Source of the DNA: a bacterium
GTDB taxonomy: Bacteria; Krumholzibacteriota; Krumholzibacteriia; JACNKJ01
Direction of reading: 5' to 3'
DNA length: 64,000 nucleotides
Assembly (NCBI GenBank): GCA_024231955.1
Contig: JAAEPZ010000591.1
Coordinates: forward strand, 98,453 to 162,452
In this document: piece after piece, positions 59,054 through 64,000 of the stretch
Layout of the letters: each line of letters starts with the position of its first letter
Numbering within the stretch: position 1 is the first letter of the stretch
Notes under the pieces: model-generated
Told to the model about the DNA's origin: nothing
Database searches by the model: none
What the model saw: the letters and a program-made list of their open reading frames with translations, nothing else
Made by a program: the position numbers and the translations under genes

Positions 59054-60697
59054 TCAACGGATGGTGGTGGTGGGCATGACGCTGAAGTTGGCCCGCTTGC
59101 TGACGCTCTGCTCACTTTGCAGATCACGCACCTCGATCTCGAGAATGTAGGTGTCCTCCGCAAATTCCCCCGTGCCGACGCTCAGGGGGTGACGGGCCAT
59201 TCGACCACCGTGTCGATCGGCGAAAGTCGAACCGATCTCCGAACTCACGACCTCGCTTTTCGTCCACAACCAGCCGGACTTGATCTTGGGCTGCTTGGGG
59301 CGGATGCGATAGGTAACCGTGTATTCGTTCAACCCCTGGGCGTCGGTGACCAGACCGTACACCTCGAAGAAGATGTTGAGATCGGTATTGCTGGTATACA
59401 TCCGCAGGGGATGGGGCTGCACCTCCCATTCACCCTTGGTGAAGATCGAGGGCGAATTCACGCTGTGGATATCGGAAGCGAAAGTGATGTCACTGAGCTC
59501 CAGCTCCTCGCTGGTGAAGGGGACGACCGTAACCGGCACCTGATATATCTGGAGTTTGCCGCTGCCGGTATCCTCCAGACGGAGGGCAAGCCGGTAGGTG
59601 CCGGGCATCAGATCCTGAACGGCAATCCCCGGAATCAGCGTGCCGGAGCGGGTGTCATCCAGAGTTTCCGCCCTGATGGGGATCCGGTCCTCGGAGGTGG
59701 CGATGCGGTCGTTGTCATCATCGAAGAAGGTGACCCGACGGAGGAGCTCGCCGCGAAACAGCTCCTCCTTGAAATCCCACTGCATGGCGAGATCGCAAAT
59801 CCTCACCTGATGCGTCACCTCTACCCGGGTTCGCCCGGTGGTGCCCCGGAAGCAATCGACGGCGAACACCGACCAGAGCGGCTCGGTCTGGAAGTCGTGA
59901 ACGTAGGGATCCTTCCGCTCCTTGCGCATGCGGAAGTAGTTCCCCTCCATGCGGCGGAACTTGGGTCCGAGCAGTTCACCCACCAGAGCCTGCGCCTTGA
60001 CATCATCGGGATTGATTGTCTCGCCCTCATTGAACTGGCGCACCAGGTCCATGTAGGCATCGGGGTTGGTGAGCCGCAGCTCATCGATCACCTCGAGATC
60101 CTCAGCCTGCCCGGACTGCAGGTAGGCATTCTCCAGTCGCCGCTTGACGTCGGGGCGGGTCGAGGGCACTTCGTCCCACGCCTGTCCCCATTCGCCATTC
60201 AGATTCCAGTCGGAGTAGGTGGCCCGCATTTCGAGATCGAGCCAGATCCAGGTATCGCGTGAACGATGAAATCCGGTCTCATCGAACCAGCTGTCCGTGA
60301 GAATCGTTTCGTCCGGCGGACCGAGGAAGACATAGTCGCGCCCCCGGAGATCCAGACCGCTGATGTCAGCGGCGGGGTAATTGGTCCGTGCGGTCTCCAG
60401 TCTCTTGAAATGCTCTTCGCGCCGTTCGTTCAACTCCGTAGTGGGGGTGGGATCCCGCAGCACCCAGAAGGCGGAGACCCAGGCGTTCAGGTCGTCAGTG
60501 CTGCCGATCCGCTGAAACTGCTCCTCCTCCGCCGGAGTCATGATCAACCCGATATCCTGCCAGATATACAGCTTCCAGGTCGGCAGGGTCTCCGCCCATT
60601 CCGTCCTGCTCTCGGCCGCAACCGGGGCGGCCGAGAGCAGTGTGGAGAGGAGCAGAGTCACTATGAGCAGATTCGTCGGGACCCGGCGTCGAAGCAT
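59054..60697 (-). CDS. Secreted GWxTD-domain family protein
   Basis: 547 aa. Signal peptide. Block FWVLRDPTPTTELNERREEHFKRLETARTNY...GLDLRGRDYVFLGPPDE matches the GWxTD-domain pattern (FW..RDP.P.T..NE.REE...R...A...G..TDRG..Y...G.PDE) with a degenerate GW.TD. Confidence 0.55.
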   Translation of the reverse strand: MLRRRVPTNLLIVTLLLSTLLSAAPVAAESRTEWAETLPTWKLYIWQDIGLIMTPAEEEQFQRIGSTDDLNAWVSAFWVLRDPTPTTELNERREEHFKRLETARTNYPAADISGLDLRGRDYVFLGPPDETILTDSWFDETGFHRSRDTWIWLDLEMRATYSDWNLNGEWGQAWDEVPSTRPDVKRRLENAYLQSGQAEDLEVIDELRLTNPDAYMDLVRQFNEGETINPDDVKAQALVGELLGPKFRRMEGNYFRMRKERKDPYVHDFQTEPLWSVFAVDCFRGTTGRTRVEVTHQVRICDLAMQWDFKEELFRGELLRRVTFFDDDNDRIATSEDRIPIRAETLDDTRSGTLIPGIAVQDLMPGTYRLALRLEDTGSGKLQIYQVPVTVVPFTSEELELSDITFASDIHSVNSPSIFTKGEWEVQPHPLRMYTSNTDLNIFFEVYGLVTDAQGLNEYTVTYRIRPKQPKIKSGWLWTKSEVVSSEIGSTFADRHGGRMARHPLSVGTGEFAEDTYILEIEVRDLQSEQSVSKRANFSVMPTTTIR

Positions 60698-60704
60698 TCA
60701 GCAC

Positions 60705-63700
60705 CTACTTGAGAAGAGTCAGTTTGGTTGTGTCGTTCCAGTTACCTGCATCGATCCGGAGCGTGTAGATGCCGGAGGAGAGACCGGTTCCACTCTGGTC
60801 GCGACCGTTCCATGACCAGGTGTGCTCCCCGGCGGGCCGGCTGTCCAGCTTGCGGGAGAACACCTGACGACCGTTAGCCGCGAAAATGCGGATCAGCACG
60901 GAATTCTCACGGGGGAGCGAGTAGGTGATGTTGGTCGTCGGATTGAACGGATTGGGCCAGGCGCCACCCAGGGCGAAACTGCGGGGCAGTTCGTCCCCTA
61001 CGGATACCATGATCTGACCGGTACCGAAGACTTCATCGGAATAGCCGCTGCCCAATTGGTCCGCATTCCAGGCGGTGACCTTGTAGTAGTAGACCGTTGT
61101 CTCATCGGGGACCGAATCGTCGTAGTCGGTGTTGTTGATACCGGCGATCAGCGCCAGACGGTTGGCGATCGTCGGCTCGAAATCCTCGACGGTATCCCGA
61201 TAGACGGCGTACCCCGCGGCCCCGGTGACCAGATCCCAGTCCAGATGGATCCCGTAATCTCTATCCCTGAGAGAGGCATTCACGGTCACGCCCTGCGGCC
61301 GCCACGGACGTTGGATGTCGGCATCCGGCCCGCCGTAGGCCCCGATGTCGCTACGGCCGCCATCGACATCAAGAATCGTCGGATCCCCTTTGTCGAGAGC
61401 GGGGGAGTCGATCAGCAGGTGGAAATCAGCCGCCGCCTGGTCCCTGTAGAGGGGGTCGACATGTGTATCTCCCTCAATGGAGGTGAAGCCCTGATAGTCC
61501 GAATCGCTGGCGGGATTGTTGAAGAAGTTGTTGTAGGCGGCCGTCGGCAGGGTCGGGCCGAGGGCGAAAATCGTGGGCGACGCCAGATTGTTGGTGAAGT
61601 GACAATTCCGGATATCGACACTGGTATTGGACAGAGCGAGAGCGCTGCCGAGGATGGTGTTCTGAATGCCGTCGACCGTGTTGTTGACAAACTCGCCGGT
61701 CGATTCGGTCGCATACAGGACCGAGCCCTGGATGCCGCTGATATCCCCTTCGAATACGCAGCTCTTCACGGAGAACGTGCTGCCGCCGGCGTTATGGATT
61801 GAGCCGCCGAAATGGATGTCCGGGTCGCCATTACCTCGACTGACGCCATTGAGTAGCACCAGATTGCCCTGATTCATGATAGCGCCGCCGGAGACGGAGG
61901 CGCTGTTGTTGTCGAACAGGCAGGATTCGAGATCAAAAGTCAACCCGGCCCGAATCATGACGGCGCCACCCATATTGACTGCGGTGTTGCCAGTGAAATT
62001 GCCGCCGTCGATCCGGACAGTGCACTCGGTGCCGGTCATCGCACCGCCCTCGCCGATCGTCGTCAGATCGTCTCTGGCGGAGTTGGACGTAAAGCTGCAA
62101 TTCTGCAGAACGATGTCGGAATCGTGTACCGCCAACCCGCCGCCGTAATAGGCCGAGTTGTTCTCGAAATCGCAGTTGACCAGTGTCAGGTCGACGCCAA
62201 CGATGAACAGACCGCCGCCGTGGGAATTGTCATCGTCGCTGATATCCGCATTGGCGAATGTGAGGTTGGTCAGCGTGGGGGAACCGGCGCGGATCAACAT
62301 GTTGCCGCCATAGCGCCCCTGATCGGGATAGTAGCCGACCTGACCGCCCCCCTGCTCGATCCGGAACCCGTCGATGATCGTCGTGGCGTCGATCACCGGA
62401 TTAATCAAGATGAATACGCAGTTGATGCCGTTGCCCTGCAGGGTGGAGCGATTGGTGGCGGGTGTGCGATTGTCGTAGGTGGCGTCCCAGCCGCCGAGCA
62501 GCGACAGGTTCTTGTCAAGTGAGAGTACGTCACCAGAGCCGGATGCGGAGCCCTGCATGGCGACGGTATCGCCTTCGACGGCGAAGTCCAGGGCCTCCTG
62601 CAGTTCATCGAATTCATCGGGATAGGAGAAGAAGCTGCCGCCGCCCAGAGCCAGGAAGGCGTTGATCCGTCCGGCACCGAGGAGATTGCTGTAGCCCGGA
62701 TTGATATCCGAGATGTCATCACAGGTGTCGTAAAGCCTCTGGGTAACCATCGCGGCGTTGCTCTGACTGCGTACGCCATTTGCCAGGTGATGATAGATGC
62801 TGGCGACAAGACCGGCGGTGAGGGGTGCCGAGAACGAGGTGCCCTGGGTGGAGGTGTAGCCATCGATGGCCGTGGTGTAGACCGCGGTGCCAGGGGCGGA
62901 GACATCCACCCAGGTGCCGTAACTGGAGAAATCCGATTTGATGTCGGAGGCATCCGTGGAGGCGACATCAATGCAGCGGTTTGTCGTCGCCAGGTAGGAG
63001 GCAACGCTGTCGTTGTCGTTGCCGGCGGAGTTGGTGATGATCATGCCGGCGCTCCAGGCCGAATTGACGGCGGAGCCCAGAGCGGGCGTATAGCTGCTGC
63101 CGTAGCTCAGATTGGCCACGTGCGCACCCTTGACTCTGGCGTAGTTGAAGCCGGAGGCCATATAACTGGAGTAGGAGACGCCGGTCATCTGACCGTCATC
63201 CTCCACCGCCCAACCGATCCGGACTGGGAGAACGCGAGTGTTCCAACCGATTGAGGAGATGCCGATGCCGTTGTCGGTAATGGCGCCGACGAACCCGGCG
63301 CAACAGGTGCCGTGGCCCTCGAAATCGTCGGGGTCGTTATCCTGGTTGCGATAGTCCTCACCACCGTAGGGGCCGGGCGTGACATGGACGAAATCCCAGC
63401 CGCGCCAGTCATCGGTATAGCCGTTGGAATCATCGTCGGCACCGGGAGTCCCGTTGTATTCGGTCCAGTCCACATAGAGGTTGCCGTTGAGGTAGGGGGC
63501 CGGTCCGGCCAGGTCCGGATGATCCAGATCGACACCGGTATCGAGAATGGCGACCACAATCGTGGAGTCCGACTGGGAATGTCCCCAAGCCCCCTTGGCT
63601 TTGAGCGAGCCGGTGTTTCCGGTCTTCAGGTAGTATTGGCTGTCAAAAGTGGGGTCGTTCGAGTTGACGATCTGCACGGGGTTCCTGTCCAGTTTGCAGA

Positions 63701-63977
63701 GAATCACAGGCCAGGCCGTGAGGATCTCAGGTAGCGTCATCAGATCGAGGCAGGCGGCTTTGATGTCTGTATCTACTTCAATTTCAGCTACATAAAACTG
63801 GTCGCGGAAATCTGAGAATTGACGTTTATTCGCCGGCAGCTCCGCGAAGAACATCGGAGTGAGTGACCTTGTGCCCACCTTGTCCAGCAATTGATCGACC
63901 ATCCCGGCGCCGCTCCGGCCCCGTTCCAGGATCGTTGCAGGTGAGACCGCCGATGGTGCGAACTGGATTTCAATCAT
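60705..63977 (-). CDS. Large subtilisin-like S8 serine peptidase with beta-helix and FN3-like modules and a C-terminal T9SS (Por) sorting domain; 5' end may lie beyond the window
   Basis: Catalytic triad blocks ILDTGVDLDHPDL (Asp), HGTCCAGFVGA (His), GTSFSAPLTAGLVAS (Ser). C-terminal roughly 80 aa (GGAWPNPFNPTTNITYSLPRENS...GIYTLRIDAGN...KLTLLK) is the T9SS type-A CTD. No signal peptide at the track start. Confidence 0.8.
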   Translation of the reverse strand: MIEIQFAPSAVSPATILERGRSGAGMVDQLLDKVGTRSLTPMFFAELPANKRQFSDFRDQFYVAEIEVDTDIKAACLDLMTLPEILTAWPVILCKLDRNPVQIVNSNDPTFDSQYYLKTGNTGSLKAKGAWGHSQSDSTIVVAILDTGVDLDHPDLAGPAPYLNGNLYVDWTEYNGTPGADDDSNGYTDDWRGWDFVHVTPGPYGGEDYRNQDNDPDDFEGHGTCCAGFVGAITDNGIGISSIGWNTRVLPVRIGWAVEDDGQMTGVSYSSYMASGFNYARVKGAHVANLSYGSSYTPALGSAVNSAWSAGMIITNSAGNDNDSVASYLATTNRCIDVASTDASDIKSDFSSYGTWVDVSAPGTAVYTTAIDGYTSTQGTSFSAPLTAGLVASIYHHLANGVRSQSNAAMVTQRLYDTCDDISDINPGYSNLLGAGRINAFLALGGGSFFSYPDEFDELQEALDFAVEGDTVAMQGSASGSGDVLSLDKNLSLLGGWDATYDNRTPATNRSTLQGNGINCVFILINPVIDATTIIDGFRIEQGGGQVGYYPDQGRYGGNMLIRAGSPTLTNLTFANADISDDDNSHGGGLFIVGVDLTLVNCDFENNSAYYGGGLAVHDSDIVLQNCSFTSNSARDDLTTIGEGGAMTGTECTVRIDGGNFTGNTAVNMGGAVMIRAGLTFDLESCLFDNNSASVSGGAIMNQGNLVLLNGVSRGNGDPDIHFGGSIHNAGGSTFSVKSCVFEGDISGIQGSVLYATESTGEFVNNTVDGIQNTILGSALALSNTSVDIRNCHFTNNLASPTIFALGPTLPTAAYNNFFNNPASDSDYQGFTSIEGDTHVDPLYRDQAAADFHLLIDSPALDKGDPTILDVDGGRSDIGAYGGPDADIQRPWRPQGVTVNASLRDRDYGIHLDWDLVTGAAGYAVYRDTVEDFEPTIANRLALIAGINNTDYDDSVPDETTVYYYKVTAWNADQLGSGYSDEVFGTGQIMVSVGDELPRSFALGGAWPNPFNPTTNITYSLPRENSVLIRIFAANGRQVFSRKLDSRPAGEHTWSWNGRDQSGTGLSSGIYTLRIDAGNWNDTTKLTLLK

Positions 63978-64000
63978 ACCGGGGACGATTTTCCCGTCCA

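Noticed and set aside
1-64000. Looked for CRISPR arrays, transposases/integrases, tRNA/rRNA genes and large direct repeats.
   Set aside because: None found. There are no regularly spaced repeats, no transposase or integrase motifs (DDE, tyrosine recombinase R-H-R-Y) in any credible ORF, and no tRNA-like cloverleaf candidates noticed in intergenic regions. A tRNA scanner should still be run to be sure.

Overview
High-GC (about 60-65%) bacterial chromosomal window with dense coding and no mobile elements, CRISPR arrays, rRNA or tRNA genes that I could see. The provided ORF track appears to accept GTG/TTG as starts and draws many long antisense 'shadow' ORFs (Arg/Gly/Ala/Pro-rich), typical of high-GC DNA; I treat these as spurious. 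The content is anaerobic central and energy metabolism plus signalling.

- 15-3086: a response regulator and a PAS-rich hybrid histidine kinase.
- 3417-5648: a Tat-exported aldo/keto-reductase with a C-terminal Fe-S domain, co-transcribed with a secreted hypothetical protein.
- 5838-8897: a second hybrid histidine kinase.
- 9125-11987: a four-subunit 2-oxoacid:ferredoxin oxidoreductase (delta-alpha-beta-gamma).
- 11968-20591: a heterodisulfide-reductase-like cluster (HdrL-like, MvhD, HdrD-like, HdrA-MvhD fusion, a small Zn-ribbon ORF, HdrC, HdrB). Both HdrA-type genes carry an in-frame TGA, so the ORF track splits each into two ORFs. In both, the TGA replaces the second Cys of the conserved DCSxC motif and is followed 20 nt later by an identical GGAUGCC-GGUC-GGCAUCC hairpin. 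I read these as selenocysteine codons with bacterial SECIS elements.
- 20633-21247: a GNAT acetyltransferase.
- 21523-26438: two tandem paralogous membrane sensors with FG-GAP/beta-propeller ectodomains; one has an intact HATPase domain, the other a degenerate one.
- 26510-27427: an EamA transporter.
- 27485-30324: citrate lyase, CitF plus a CitD-CitE fusion.
- 30399-31316: a second EamA/DMT transporter.
- 31616-33421: a fused aconitase-family (LeuC/LeuD-type) hydratase.
- 33535-34769: small membrane and YbjQ proteins.
- 35008-35766: DjlA.
- 35922-39251: fused isobutyryl-CoA mutase IcmF.
- 39588-40748: a PAS-PAS protein fused to a nucleoside-2-deoxyribosyltransferase/TIR-like Rossmann domain.
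- 40804-41519: a truncated GNAT fragment followed by a low-GC gene-free island.
- 41520-43303: a radical-SAM/SPASM maturase translationally coupled to an upstream 182-aa membrane protein, with a 60-aa ORF just downstream.
- 43425-44930: an NmrA-like/DUF2867 protein.
- 45091-48550: two tandem 563-aa secreted beta-helix paralogs sharing a conserved Cys-containing C-terminal tail.
- 48777-50421: an HDAC-family deacetylase and EF-P.
- 50560-57901: NADP-malic enzyme, sdh/frd CAB, an RlmD-type rRNA methyltransferase and acylphosphatase.
- 57983-58882: an orphan PhnD-like binding protein.
- 59054-63977: a GWxTD-family protein and a large S8 peptidase with a T9SS C-terminal sorting domain.

The T9SS/GWxTD pair suggests an FCB-superphylum or candidate-phylum anaerobe (inference). 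The most noteworthy items are the recoded selenoprotein Hdr cluster coupled to a ferredoxin-reducing 2-oxoacid oxidoreductase, and several unusual or unassigned systems: the FG-GAP sensor pair, the PAS-NDT-like protein, the rSAM/SPASM cassette and the beta-helix paralog pair.
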